Shown piece by piece: positions 27,404 through 37,503 of a DNA stretch of 64,000 nucleotides. The notes beneath the pieces were generated by a model. That model saw nothing but the letters and a program-made list of their open reading frames with translations. It had not been told where the DNA came from and made no database searches. Position numbers and translations under genes: made by a program. The stretch is from Candidatus Thorarchaeota archaeon (GTDB lineage Archaea; Asgardarchaeota; Thorarchaeia; Thorarchaeales; Thorarchaeaceae): contig JBHIAE010000011.1 in the NCBI GenBank assembly GCA_046758445.1, forward strand, positions 1-64,000, given 5' to 3'. Within the stretch, counting starts at the first letter, position 1. Each line of letters starts with the position of its first letter.

Positions 27404-28051
27404 ATGGAAGTCAATCTCGTGGTTGTCAGACTGGTCGTTTTTGACGTAGATGGAACGCTCACAAGCCACTCGAGCATTTGGTGGAGGCTTCATGAGCACT
27501 TCGGCACTGAAACAGAGGGACGAGAGTTCTACAAACAGTACTTCGCCGGTGAGATCACCTACAATCAGTGGGCCGATCTAGACGCCTCTCTCTGGAAGGG
27601 TCAAACTTTGGATGATGTAATGAAGGTTGTCGAAGAAACAGAGCTAGTCCCCGGAGCCAAGGAAACAATCGATCAGCTCAAGGATGCCGGTATCAAGGTG
27701 GCGATACTCTCCGGAGGACTTGACATTCTTGCCAATCATATTGCAAGGCGTGTCGGTGTTGAGTACGTACTGACCAATAGGCTGCTGCACAGGAACGATA
27801 GGCTAACAGGAGAAGTTGAAAGTCGAGTTGGCTGGGGCGAGAAGGTACAAGAGATTAGGAAGATTTGCAGTCACTTTGGTGTATCACTGACGGAAACCGC
27901 TTTCATTGGGGATGGTCGCAATGATCTAAGTGTCTTCGATATGGTTGGGCTCTCCATTGCTTTTATGCCTGAAGATGATGAAGTTGCAGAGGCTGCTATG
28001 GTTGCGATTCGTCGGAACGATCTGAGAGAGATACTCAGCCATATCCTATAG
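27404..28051 (+). CDS. HAD-IB phosphatase (phosphoserine phosphatase-like)
   Basis: VFDVDGTL, ILSGG, FIGDGRND. True start is ATG 27404 or GTG 27419. Confidence 0.88.
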   Translation: MEVNLVVVRLVVFDVDGTLTSHSSIWWRLHEHFGTETEGREFYKQYFAGEITYNQWADLDASLWKGQTLDDVMKVVEETELVPGAKETIDQLKDAGIKVAILSGGLDILANHIARRVGVEYVLTNRLLHRNDRLTGEVESRVGWGEKVQEIRKICSHFGVSLTETAFIGDGRNDLSVFDMVGLSIAFMPEDDEVAEAAMVAIRRNDLREILSHIL

Positions 28052-29213
28052 GCGTCCCCCAGATCAATAGTGTGAAGACGTACAGCTGTAGGAGTACAAT
28101 CATCAATCCCTCAAATGTATCTAGCTTGTTATCGTCAGTTATGGCTCGTTTGAGGAACCAAAGGCTTCCCGCTATGACAACTATCTGAAACAACACATAC
28201 CGGTTCATCGGGATAGGCACCAGAATCCCTATCCCTCCCATTACAAGCAGCAGAATCTGGAGAACACCACCCATCAGATTCCCTACCGCTATCCCGACCT
28301 TGCCTTTCATGGCAGCAACTAGAGCTATGCCATGTTCTGGCAATGCGCCAGCGGCGCCCAGAATCAGAGCCGCAACTGTAACTGGATTGGCTACTGCCCT
28401 GATTGTGGCATCAAAATCGACAAGCAGGATCTCGACCGATGATGTGAGCAAGTGACCAGCAACAAAGATCCCAGCAAATCCCACCAAGCTAAGAATGGCA
28501 GCACTTCTCTTGGAGTGGTCTGGACTTGCCTTCTCCGGGTTCTCCACCTCTTCGCCCCTCATCAAATCAAAGGAATACAAGATGTATGAGAGGAACAAAA
28601 TAAGAGATGCTTCCCATGGAAATATCGGACTACCTGGCTCTGCAGCGAAGGCGACATCAACAATCCCCAAAGCAAACATGCTCACAAGAGCTACGATTGT
28701 CCATCGAATCAGCACTGAATCCTTTTTGATTGCCTCCTCGGGAACCTCCATGTCATCTTTCTGACGTGTTGAGATTACTATTGTGATACCAAGCAACAGC
28801 ATGTTGAAACCCGCGGCAATCAATACAGACAAGATCGCAATTGTCAATAACTCTGGTCTGTTCTGAGTGAATCCATTAATCGCAGTAAGTCCACTTATGA
28901 CGGCCTCGGGCATGTTACTGGCCAGACTTGACAGCATACCCGCGATATACACAGTATAGCCCCTGTGCCCTGCAACGCTTTCGATCCCCTCAACCGCCCA
29001 CTCCGAAGGACGGAAGGCGAGCCATAAACCTCCTACCAGTCCCAGAATGATGATTAGTGTTCGATTGAGGTGCAGGATTTCACTGTAGAAGAAGGCACCA
29101 ACGATGATGAGCGCAAATGCACCTTCGATCTTCCCGACACCAATAGAGTCCTTGACTTTGCGATACTCAATGTCATCATCATAAGTGCGGCGATCGTTTT
29201 GTGCGTTGGTCAA
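28035..29213 (-). CDS. Ca2+/cation antiporter (CaCA family)
   Basis: Alpha-repeats LASNMPEAVISG and GAAGALPEHGIA..GNLMG; ~10 TM helices. TTG start follows GGAGG. Confidence 0.85.
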   Translation of the reverse strand: MTNAQNDRRTYDDDIEYRKVKDSIGVGKIEGAFALIIVGAFFYSEILHLNRTLIIILGLVGGLWLAFRPSEWAVEGIESVAGHRGYTVYIAGMLSSLASNMPEAVISGLTAINGFTQNRPELLTIAILSVLIAAGFNMLLLGITIVISTRQKDDMEVPEEAIKKDSVLIRWTIVALVSMFALGIVDVAFAAEPGSPIFPWEASLILFLSYILYSFDLMRGEEVENPEKASPDHSKRSAAILSLVGFAGIFVAGHLLTSSVEILLVDFDATIRAVANPVTVAALILGAAGALPEHGIALVAAMKGKVGIAVGNLMGGVLQILLLVMGGIGILVPIPMNRYVLFQIVVIAGSLWFLKRAITDDNKLDTFEGLMIVLLQLYVFTLLIWGTPIGYG

Positions 29214-29328
29214 CTGGTTTCCTCCGGACGAGGGTGCATCTAAGGTCGTCCAGTACATATGGACATCGCAGTTCTGCGCCCTAATAGTTTGTCATCAGCG
29301 CCATCAGATTTCAAGGCCATCTCACACT

Positions 29329-30516
29329 CTAATCCGTGGCCTCAGCTTTTGAGTTGTAGTAATATCTTGCTCCTGATCCGGTATTGAGAATGACAACCTC
29401 CTCATCATAGTCAATCTGGCCCATCTCGACAAGATTCCTGAGACCTGCCAATCCAACAGCTGTTTCAGGACAAACATTGATGCCCTCCATGCGAGCAACC
29501 ATCCTTCTACAGGGCTCAATCTCCTGTTCGGCAACTGCCACGGCACTCCCACCTGACCTTCTAATGGTGGCGACTATCAGTCTCCCTGCAAAGGGACTAT
29601 TCACCCTCAGTCCAAGAGCGCTCGTGTCCCCCCCTGGCCATGGTTCCACATCGTCATTCTCGTGCTCAATCGCTCTTACGATAGGAGCACACCCAGCACT
29701 CTGTGCTGCATACATTCTGGGTCTTCGTGTATCAATGAGACCGAGTGCCTCCAGTTCATCAAGCCCCTTCCAGATTCCGATTAGCGCGGTACCTCCTCCA
29801 GTTGGGCATACGATTGCGTCTGGAACCCGCCACCCAAGTTGTTCTGCAATCTCAAAGGCTAGAGTCTTCTTGCCCTCTACTCGATAAGGTTCCTTTGTTG
29901 TCGAGAGGTCAATCCACTCTCCACCTTTCTTGTTCATCTCCTTTGCGGAGTCAGAGATGCCACCCGGCACTCGGGTAGTTTCTGCACCATATGCAGAACA
30001 GTCCTGAAAGAACGGTTCAGGAGTGTCCGCAGGCATATAGATATGACACTCTGCCCCAGCAGCCGAAGAGTAAGCACTTGCAGACACTGCTGCGTTGCCT
30101 GCAGAAGGCATTGCAAACGAACGAGCACCGAGCTCCGCATGCTTTGATATGGCAACACAGAGTCCCCGGTCCTTGAACGAGGCAGTAGGGTTTTGCGCCT
30201 CATCCTTGATGCTCAAGAGCCTTAGTCCCAAATGCTTGTCCAGTCTTCTGGCACTCACAAGGGGTGTCCAACCTTCCCCAAGACTGTATATGAAAGAAGG
30301 TGACTTTACAGGCAATAGCTGAGAATACCTCCACATCGAGTTGATCTTTGAAGGGAATTGGCCTGTGTGGATGTCCTCTATTACACTGATCAGGTCATAG
30401 ACTCCGAAAAGGGGCGAGCCACAAACACAGTAGGTCTGGGGAACATCAGCTGAGTAGTCTCTGCCGCACTGCGGACATTCGAGATGCAGAAGATGCGATA
30501 TCATTGACTGCCCCAC
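29329..30516 (-). CDS. thrC: Threonine synthase (PLP fold II)
   Basis: SLGEGWTPL, NPTASFKDRG, SAGNA, PYRVEGKKT, PTGGG, NTGSG. Confidence 0.88.
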   Translation of the reverse strand: MGQSMISHLLHLECPQCGRDYSADVPQTYCVCGSPLFGVYDLISVIEDIHTGQFPSKINSMWRYSQLLPVKSPSFIYSLGEGWTPLVSARRLDKHLGLRLLSIKDEAQNPTASFKDRGLCVAISKHAELGARSFAMPSAGNAAVSASAYSSAAGAECHIYMPADTPEPFFQDCSAYGAETTRVPGGISDSAKEMNKKGGEWIDLSTTKEPYRVEGKKTLAFEIAEQLGWRVPDAIVCPTGGGTALIGIWKGLDELEALGLIDTRRPRMYAAQSAGCAPIVRAIEHENDDVEPWPGGDTSALGLRVNSPFAGRLIVATIRRSGGSAVAVAEQEIEPCRRMVARMEGINVCPETAVGLAGLRNLVEMGQIDYDEEVVILNTGSGARYYYNSKAEATD

Positions 30517-30634
30517 AAATACATGGACGGCACCATTATTTGAGTGTGTTACATTGGGAACGAGGAAACAGATTACGAGATTTTGGAATAATGTGTGACC
30601 ATCTCGATTACTTTATACCGTGTTCTCTCTCCTA

Positions 30635-30755
30635 ATGTCAGTGCGCACCCAGCCTGAAATATGTCTGTTGTCATAGTGAGTTAGGAGAACCCCGTATGGG
30701 GTATCGATGAATTTCCTTTTCATGCAGCAGGCACAGGGCTGGTGCGCACCAACAT
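30635..30755 (+). ncRNA. Predicted long stem-loop RNA (ncRNA or structured 5' leader)
   Basis: Nested complementary segments with G-U pairs favouring the + strand. TTTATA box at 30612-30617, ~25 nt upstream. Confidence 0.5.
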
Positions 30756-30775
30756 AGTGAAAGGAGCGCATTGCA

Positions 30776-31786
30776 TTGCTTCCAGGGAAGGTACCTCCAA
30801 GCATGCTGGAGAAGCTTGTGTTCTCTCATCTTGGTCAGCGTGATGCTGACATTCTTCTGGGCCCGGCTGTGGGTGAAGATGCTTCGGTAATCCAAATCGG
30901 AGAGAAGGTGTTAGTTGCTGCAACTGACCCCATTACAGGCTCAGTGGAAGATGTTGGTTGGCTTGCCGTACACATCAACGCCAACGATGTCGCAACGTTC
31001 GGAGTTGCTCCTAGATGGTTTCTTGCTTCTATCCTGCTTCCTGTCAAATCTGGTTCAGAAGACCTGAAACGAATCATGAAACAGATTGACGAAGCCGCAA
31101 AGTCCCTTGGCATCAGTGTAGCAGGTGGGCACACAGAGGTCACAGAGGGGATCGATCGGCCAATCATTACAGGTTTCATGATGGGCATATCATCGAAGGA
31201 TGAATACGTGACTTCAGCTGGTGCCAAGGCTGGAGATCACATAGTCATGACCAAAACTGCTGCCATTGAAGGCACAGCGATTCTTGCGGCTGAAGGCAAA
31301 GTGATGCTCTCTGATCGTGTTGGTGAGGAGGTTGTCAGGGATGGGCGAGCTATCCGTGAGCAGATAAGCGTCGTGAAGGATGGTTTGACAGCCTTTGGCA
31401 CAGGTCACATTAGTGCCATGCACGACCCAACAGAAGGAGGTCTATCAGGAGGGATACATGAACTCTGCGACGCCAGTAGGGTCGGGTTCGAGGTCGATAT
31501 TGACAGAATTCCAGTTCGCGATTCAACGCGCCAAATCTGCGATGCGCTATCAGTCAATGTCCTGGAACTAATCAGCAGTGGGTGCATGATAATGACCTGC
31601 GACTCAAATCACTCGCGGGATGTTGTGGGCACTCTTCAAGCAAATGGAATAGCTGCCGCAGTCATAGGGACAATCAGGGAGAATCAGGATGAACGCATCG
31701 CACGAAGTGAAGGTAAATCCTACACATTACCTCGCCCCAAGACCGATGCGCTCTGGGATGCACTGGAGAGGATCAATCAGCCATGA
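30776..31786 (+). CDS. AIR synthase-related (HypE/ThiL/PurM superfamily) protein
   Basis: MLPGKVPP, GEDASVI, TDPITG, NANDVA, GGHTE, MHDPTEGG. Confidence 0.9.
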   Translation: MLPGKVPPSMLEKLVFSHLGQRDADILLGPAVGEDASVIQIGEKVLVAATDPITGSVEDVGWLAVHINANDVATFGVAPRWFLASILLPVKSGSEDLKRIMKQIDEAAKSLGISVAGGHTEVTEGIDRPIITGFMMGISSKDEYVTSAGAKAGDHIVMTKTAAIEGTAILAAEGKVMLSDRVGEEVVRDGRAIREQISVVKDGLTAFGTGHISAMHDPTEGGLSGGIHELCDASRVGFEVDIDRIPVRDSTRQICDALSVNVLELISSGCMIMTCDSNHSRDVVGTLQANGIAAAVIGTIRENQDERIARSEGKSYTLPRPKTDALWDALERINQP

Positions 31787-32552
31787 AGCTCCTCAAGTCG
31801 TCAATGCTCTGTAAATCAGCCGTTTCAATTACGATGGGAGATAGAGATATGTTTCCCTTGTTAAGGACCTCGTCTGCATCAGAGCCTTGTGGGGGTTCTT
31901 TGTGCATGCCCTTCAGCCAATAGTATGGACTCTGATTTGGATCGACTCTCTTGTCCAACTCGTTGTATATTCGAACTCTCGCAGGAGGAACTACGACTAT
32001 CTTGCTGTCAGGTGAAACCTCTGACGGGAAGTTCAGGTTCAGAGCGTCTACACTTGCCGGCAGTCCTTTCTCGAGGACTTTCAGAACTAGGTCACGAGTT
32101 ATCTCGCAGATCCTTGAATAATCCCTCTGCTTGTTTGCATTGTTGAACCACTCTTGAGGTGACACGCACAAAGACACGGCAACGGCGGGGATACCCATCA
32201 TTGCTGCTTCCAGAGCTGCCCCGACGGTCCCGCTCGTCAGCATACTCTGGTATCCGAGATTAGCACCCGCATTGATTCCTGAAACAAGTAGGTCAATACC
32301 CTCAATCAGGCAGCGTGCTAGGATGACCGAATCTGCCGGTGAACCGTCGTGAGTAATCATTTCGATGCCCTTGATATTCGCCCGTTTCTTCACTCTCAGT
32401 GGACGATTCAGTGTGAGCGCCTTGCCTGATGCGCTTCGTTCGCCATCAGGAACGACGATGACTATCTCTACGTGGGGAGAGAGTATTTCTGCCAATGTTA
32501 GAAGACCACTGCTTTCCGGGCCATCATCATTTGTGAGGCACACCTTATACAA
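31773..32552 (-). CDS. surE: 5'/3'-nucleotidase SurE
   Basis: LTNDDG, GSPADS, VSGINAGANLG, SGTVGAA, LNLNFP. Confidence 0.95.
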   Translation of the reverse strand: MYKVCLTNDDGPESSGLLTLAEILSPHVEIVIVVPDGERSASGKALTLNRPLRVKKRANIKGIEMITHDGSPADSVILARCLIEGIDLLVSGINAGANLGYQSMLTSGTVGAALEAAMMGIPAVAVSLCVSPQEWFNNANKQRDYSRICEITRDLVLKVLEKGLPASVDALNLNFPSEVSPDSKIVVVPPARVRIYNELDKRVDPNQSPYYWLKGMHKEPPQGSDADEVLNKGNISLSPIVIETADLQSIDDLRSFMAD

Positions 32553-32637
32553 CTCTAACGTCTCCTGTTCAGCTATCTATTGGCCTGTAGTCAGCCTAAG
32601 ATAAGACTGACGGAATCTCTCCACAGCTTCTGGCCAA

Positions 32638-33732
32638 CTATCGGATCTCTTCTGCAAGAATATCCACAATCTTCTTCGAAGCAGTCCCATCTCCATAGGG
32701 GCACGGTCTCTCATCGTCAAGCCCTCTATCGATCTCGTCTAGGATTGCCTGTGGGAACTTCCTTGGGTCCACTCCAACAACTGTCGCGTGGCCTGACTCG
32801 ACAGCTTCGGGTCTCTCTGTTGATGTTCTGAGAACAAACACCTTCCTGTTAAGTGAAGGTGCAGTGACTTCCTCTTGAATGCCACCTGAATCGGTCAATA
32901 CAAAGGAACAGGTCTGGATTAACCGGAGGAAATCGAGGTATGGTACCGGATCTATCATCTTGATGTTGTTTCCACTTGATTCGATCTTCTTAGCAAGGCC
33001 AAACTCTTGAAGTCGTCGGACAGTTCGTGGATGGGCAGAGAACAAGATGTTTCTACCAAGTGAGATGAGACCATCAACGATTCCCTCTAGTGTTTCCTTG
33101 GTATCAACGTTCTCGGCGCGATGAAGGGTAAGAAGGGCGAAGTCTTTCAATCCCAGACGGGCGGCCAGGTTTGGTTTCTTCTTTGCGATTGGAAGCTGAC
33201 TTTCCAGAGCATCGATTACAGTGTTGCCGGTCACAAACACCTTGCCAAAGACATTCTCATTCCTCAGTATGCGAGCCGAGTTGTCCGTTGGTGCGAATAA
33301 GTAGTCCGAAACATGGTCAGTTAGCCGTCTGTTGTGCTCTTCGGGCATCCTGGTGTCATAGCTTCTCAGACCTGCTTCAACGTGGGCAATTGGTATCCTC
33401 AATTTGGCTGCGGCCAGTGCTGCAGATAGCACTGCATTTGTATCTCCCTCCACGACAACTACGTCCGGCTTCTCGTGAAGAAGCTCTCTCTCGATTCCGA
33501 CCATGGCTTTCGCCGTCTGCTCAGAGTGAGTTCCCGAGCCTATGTCTAGGTTCTTGTCTGGCTCCCGAAGATCCATGTCATCGAAGATCGAACTGCTCAT
33601 AGTTTCCGAGTAATGTTGGCCGGTATGAAGTAGAAAGGTATCAATACCTCTTGACTCACACTCATGAACCACCGGTGCAAGCTTGATGATTTCGGGTCGG
33701 GTCCCAAGCACGATGAATGGTCTCAAATACAT
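32638..33732 (-). CDS. wecB: UDP-N-acetylglucosamine 2-epimerase (non-hydrolysing)
   Basis: GTRPEIIK, TGQHY, HVEAGLRS, PEEHNR, TDSGGIQEE, TERPE, PYGDG. Confidence 0.96.
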   Translation of the reverse strand: MYLRPFIVLGTRPEIIKLAPVVHECESRGIDTFLLHTGQHYSETMSSSIFDDMDLREPDKNLDIGSGTHSEQTAKAMVGIERELLHEKPDVVVVEGDTNAVLSAALAAAKLRIPIAHVEAGLRSYDTRMPEEHNRRLTDHVSDYLFAPTDNSARILRNENVFGKVFVTGNTVIDALESQLPIAKKKPNLAARLGLKDFALLTLHRAENVDTKETLEGIVDGLISLGRNILFSAHPRTVRRLQEFGLAKKIESSGNNIKMIDPVPYLDFLRLIQTCSFVLTDSGGIQEEVTAPSLNRKVFVLRTSTERPEAVESGHATVVGVDPRKFPQAILDEIDRGLDDERPCPYGDGTASKKIVDILAEEIR

Positions 33733-33883
33733 CAGCAGTCACGTATCCTCAGTCCATGTTCATAAGGATGACGGACCTACTTCGATTGTATTTGAAACTC
33801 TAGTATAGGATACTCTAAAAACATCTAAAAGAGAGCTGATGAAGTGTTGTCACAACGCCACGTTTCTGAGGTGAGTTTGGAGA

Positions 33884-34675
33884 TTGAGATACGGCCTCGG
33901 AGTAACAATAGGTGCTCTCTTGCCAGGCATCATATTCATGGGAAGTGTAATCCCAAAGATCGCTGGCATAGGGGTCACAGACGAGGCCCTTCTTGCATCG
34001 ATCTGGTCGATGTACGTTCTCTGGTTCTACATATGCATTGGCATAGCTGTGGTGCCACTTCTAGTTGTATACTATCGATGGAGAGAGAACTTCAGGCGAT
34101 TTGTCCTCTTTGAAGCGGGAGGCTTTGGCCTCTTCTCCCCTCTCTGGTTGTTTCTTGCAACTGAGATGTCTGGCACACCGTGGACCGAACTAATATTCGA
34201 GGGTATCCAGGACGGACTTCCTGCTCCGGGCGCTTCTGGTACCATCGTCGGAATCAGTATAGGGCCGGTCTTCTTCGTGCCCTTATTGATTGCAATGCTG
34301 CTTACGGGACTGATTGTGCTTCGTCCTTCCTTCATTGAACGGCACGGAGGCGGAGTAGTTTCGCCTCGGAAGCCTGCACCAAAGCCGGAACCCGCTCCTA
34401 CCCCTACAGCTGAGGACACCTTGGAAGCGCAGATGCCCGGTGTGAAGCCACCAGTGGCGGATGAATTGAGCAAGGTCGAGCTTCGTGCATTGCTCTTGGA
34501 GCTAGGAGTCCCTGAGCCGACAATTACCTCACTAACCAATGCGGGCTACGCAAGTGTCACTGATATCGTTTCTACCAGTGCAGAACAGCTAGCAATATCA
34601 ACTGGGTTGGACAAGGCTACCGCTGAGAACTTGCATATGGCAGTTCAGAAGAGGGTCTGGTTCGGCGGAATCTGA
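33884..34675 (+). CDS. Membrane protein with Pro-rich linker and C-terminal HhH (HHH_5-like) domain
   Basis: About 4 TM segments, PKPEPAPTP linker, LGVPEPTITSLTNAGYASVTDIVSTSAEQLAISTGLDKATAENL. Confidence 0.75.
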   Translation: MRYGLGVTIGALLPGIIFMGSVIPKIAGIGVTDEALLASIWSMYVLWFYICIGIAVVPLLVVYYRWRENFRRFVLFEAGGFGLFSPLWLFLATEMSGTPWTELIFEGIQDGLPAPGASGTIVGISIGPVFFVPLLIAMLLTGLIVLRPSFIERHGGGVVSPRKPAPKPEPAPTPTAEDTLEAQMPGVKPPVADELSKVELRALLLELGVPEPTITSLTNAGYASVTDIVSTSAEQLAISTGLDKATAENLHMAVQKRVWFGGI

Positions 34676-34709
34676 AGAACCTCTCCGTCCTTGCATCTCA
34701 GAACAGCTG

Positions 34710-35453
34710 CTATTTTCGAAGTCCAATCATTGCGTCGAGAGCTATTGTGACTAGCTTGTCCAACGGGGGTTTGCCTACGATCTTCGCTTCTCTCTCTATA
34801 TTCTCACCCACAATGACACAGATAGTCCCTACTTGAACACCCCTGAGGTGCCCAATGACAAAAAGCGCCGCCGCTTCCATCTCTGTGGCTAGAACTCCCG
34901 CGTGCTTCATATTCTCCCACTTCTTGCGAGTCGTTTCGGCATCTGCTGTCATCTCTGGAAATTCACTGTAGAACGAGTCCTTGCTGTGTCCAACACCAAC
35001 ATAGTACGTTGATCCAGTTGCGTTGGCCGCTTCCATAAGTGATACAACCAATCGGGGGTCTGCAATGGCTGGGAACTCCAAGGGAATGTACTGCCTTGAT
35101 GTTCCATCGTCTCTTACAGCAGAGGTAAGGATCACTAAATCTCCTGCCTGCAGCTTCGGGTCGATTGCTCCGGCGGTTCCAACACGTACAAATACTCTGC
35201 ATCCAACTCTTACCAGCTCTTCTATGGCAATTGCCGCTGAAGGGCAGCCAATCCCAGTCGAGCAGACTCCTACTGGAATTCCTTTGTATGTTCCTCTGAA
35301 GCTCCAGTACTCTCGATTCCTAGCTACTTCTATCGGGTCATCAAAGAACTGTTCCGCAATCTTTTGGGACCGTCCTGGATCACCTGGAAGCAAAACAAGC
35401 TCTGGCATCTCTCCGGGAGCAATAGCTATGTGGTACTCACGATTGTCGTCCAT
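34710..35453 (-). CDS. udp: Uridine/nucleoside phosphorylase (NP-I)
   Basis: LPGDPGR, STGIGCPSAAIAIEEL, RVGTAG, DSFY, EMEAA. Confidence 0.9.
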   Translation of the reverse strand: MDDNREYHIAIAPGEMPELVLLPGDPGRSQKIAEQFFDDPIEVARNREYWSFRGTYKGIPVGVCSTGIGCPSAAIAIEELVRVGCRVFVRVGTAGAIDPKLQAGDLVILTSAVRDDGTSRQYIPLEFPAIADPRLVVSLMEAANATGSTYYVGVGHSKDSFYSEFPEMTADAETTRKKWENMKHAGVLATEMEAAALFVIGHLRGVQVGTICVIVGENIEREAKIVGKPPLDKLVTIALDAMIGLRK

Positions 35454-35567
35454 TCCTTTGCTAACCGAGAGGCGCCGCACGAAAGCAAAAGAAAAGCGTT
35501 TCGCTTGGCAAGAACGCAGACACTTTGAGAGATAGCCTTAAAAGATTCTGACAGAGGGCGTGTTTAA

Positions 35568-35801
35568 GTGGAGTCCATGAGTGAACATATAACAGAGCTT
35601 CAGCAAAGAATTCTGTCTTCGATTCTAAAGGATAGTCACAGAGCAGCTGCTATCACAAAGACACTGAAGCGCAAGAATGTGACTTGTGACCAAAACACAG
35701 TTGTCTTGGCGTTGAATGACTTAGAGAAGCGTGGTCTAGTTGAGAGAGATGGTTCAAAGTCGTGGACTGCAAGATCGAAGGCCCAAGACCTCGTGGACTG
35801 A
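35568..35801 (+). CDS. Small winged-helix DNA-binding protein
   Basis: ITELQQRILSSI...VVLALNDLEKRGLVERDG. Confidence 0.7.
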   Translation: MESMSEHITELQQRILSSILKDSHRAAAITKTLKRKNVTCDQNTVVLALNDLEKRGLVERDGSKSWTARSKAQDLVD

Positions 35802-35813
35802 AAGTCTGGTCAT

Positions 35814-36830
35814 TTAGAGGACCTTGATGAGAGTATCCACTATGTTATAGGTCAGCTCCGGCGAATCCTCACAGAAGACGCGGGTCCTTAAGGTATTTGT
35901 TGTTACAACCCTGCCTTCGCTCTTCTTGAGAAGGGCCTCAAGAAGTTCTTCACCCTTCTCGATCACTGGAAGAACATGGGCCACAGCCATTCCGACTTCA
36001 GTTGCGCCCAAGTTCTGTAGACGTTCAGCCGCCTTGAGAAGAGTGCTGCCGCTCTTTGTGAGATCATCTATGACAATCACTTCCTTCCCCTTGACATCGA
36101 CCTCGCCATGCAGCTCCACACAGAAAGAGTTTGTGCGGCTCTTACCGAAGCCCTCAATCTCGTACCTGTCCCGAGCACCCTCGTCCGGTGTCACGATTAT
36201 GCAATCTGTGAAACCGAACTGCTTTCGTCCAAACTCAATGAGATCCGGAATCACATCTATCTCCTCGTAGAGCCCCTTGCTGGCTAGGTTCTCTACCCAC
36301 TGAAGGTTCTCAGGGGCATGAGGATTTACCACCCAGATCTTCTCACAGCCTTCGGCTATACGCTCTGTGGCCCATCTTCCTGAAGCTGCCTCACCAGTCT
36401 TGAATACCTTGTCTTGCAATGCGAAGGGCTGAAATGTCAGTACTACTTCGACTCTCGATGGCGGCGGAACAGTTTCTTCAGCATACATCTTGTGTCCTAC
36501 TTTTTCCACCTCAATTGGGTTCTTCAGAATATCAAGAATCAATAGCAATTCGATAACACGATCGGACGTTGTGTATGGTTCCTGTTCAGCAGGACCGGCC
36601 CCGGTACAACTCTGAATCACTACAACCTTCCGATTGGACAGCTCTGCGACATTGCTGAGTCTTGCATAGAGATCGGCGTTGGGGAACAGCCGCCTCCCAT
36701 CATAGTTCAGATTTGATATGAATACCCGAAAACCATGATTCTCAAATCTATCTTTCAGATGTTCTGCGCCGCTGGCAAGCACAACGTCGAACTCTTTCAT
36801 ATCGGACAGCCGAGTTTCGGGCGTCAACAT
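35814..36830 (-). CDS. Ribose-phosphate pyrophosphokinase-like protein (divergent PRTase)
   Basis: FPNADLYARL, VVVIQS, PFALQDKVFKTGE, TPDEGA, VIVIDDLTKSGSTL. Confidence 0.8.
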   Translation of the reverse strand: MLTPETRLSDMKEFDVVLASGAEHLKDRFENHGFRVFISNLNYDGRRLFPNADLYARLSNVAELSNRKVVVIQSCTGAGPAEQEPYTTSDRVIELLLILDILKNPIEVEKVGHKMYAEETVPPPSRVEVVLTFQPFALQDKVFKTGEAASGRWATERIAEGCEKIWVVNPHAPENLQWVENLASKGLYEEIDVIPDLIEFGRKQFGFTDCIIVTPDEGARDRYEIEGFGKSRTNSFCVELHGEVDVKGKEVIVIDDLTKSGSTLLKAAERLQNLGATEVGMAVAHVLPVIEKGEELLEALLKKSEGRVVTTNTLRTRVFCEDSPELTYNIVDTLIKVL

Positions 36831-36853
36831 CTCCTTAAAGAGACTTTGCCTAG

Positions 36854-37396
36854 CTACTTCACGTCTGGTCTATCCTGTCCCACGTACCTACTATGAGGTC
36901 GTTTGTCATAGCCCGTTCTTGCCGGGCTGCTGAGAGGGATGAACATCATCTGCACTATGGGCATTTCGGGATAGAGTAGGACAGGACTCAGGTTCTCGCA
37001 GTATATTTCGAGTGTGAGCTTGCCTGGTTTCTCTGTGCCTGTCCCCGGGTTCACAAGACCAGCAGCATGCACAATGATCCCAAGTCGTGCTATGCTTGAC
37101 CTACCCTCGAGTAATGCTGCATGTTCAGAGTCTAGACTGATTCTCTCCAATGTCTGAGCAAGGATGAACTGCCCGGGCAAGATCATGAATGGCCTTCCTT
37201 CAGTATCAACCAGTGTCGTATCTCTATCCAATGGCTCCTTGGAACGGATATCGACTGGTGGACCTGGATTGTACACTCTGAACACTACGTCTAGTTTCAG
37301 GTCTATGCTACATGGTCCAAGGGAGCCCGGGTCAAATGGATCAATACCGATTGCACCCCTGTCTATCGCCTTCTGAATATCCACGTCGGACAACAT
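36854..37396 (-). CDS. dcd: dCTP deaminase
   Basis: MLSDVDI, SIDLKL, EGRSSIARLG, LTLEI, RYVGQ. ATG 37396 follows AGGTGA. Confidence 0.92.
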   Translation of the reverse strand: MLSDVDIQKAIDRGAIGIDPFDPGSLGPCSIDLKLDVVFRVYNPGPPVDIRSKEPLDRDTTLVDTEGRPFMILPGQFILAQTLERISLDSEHAALLEGRSSIARLGIIVHAAGLVNPGTGTEKPGKLTLEIYCENLSPVLLYPEMPIVQMMFIPLSSPARTGYDKRPHSRYVGQDRPDVK

Positions 37397-37503
37397 ATGT
37401 GGGTCACCTACTCTTTTATTGTGCGGACGCTGATACGTCTTACACACAACCTAAAATGGTTGTCAGTGAAAACTATCCTGATATCTTAAGGTACGTGTTT
37501 CAA

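Noticed and set aside
30635-30755. Stem-loop as 5S rRNA, SRP RNA, tRNA or a known riboswitch
   Set aside because: The conserved sequence motifs of these RNAs are not present.
30776-31786. AIR-synthase-like gene as selenophosphate synthetase SelD, with the upstream stem-loop as a SECIS
   Set aside because: It lacks the N-terminal Cys/Sec-x-x-Lys motif of SelD and has no in-frame TGA.
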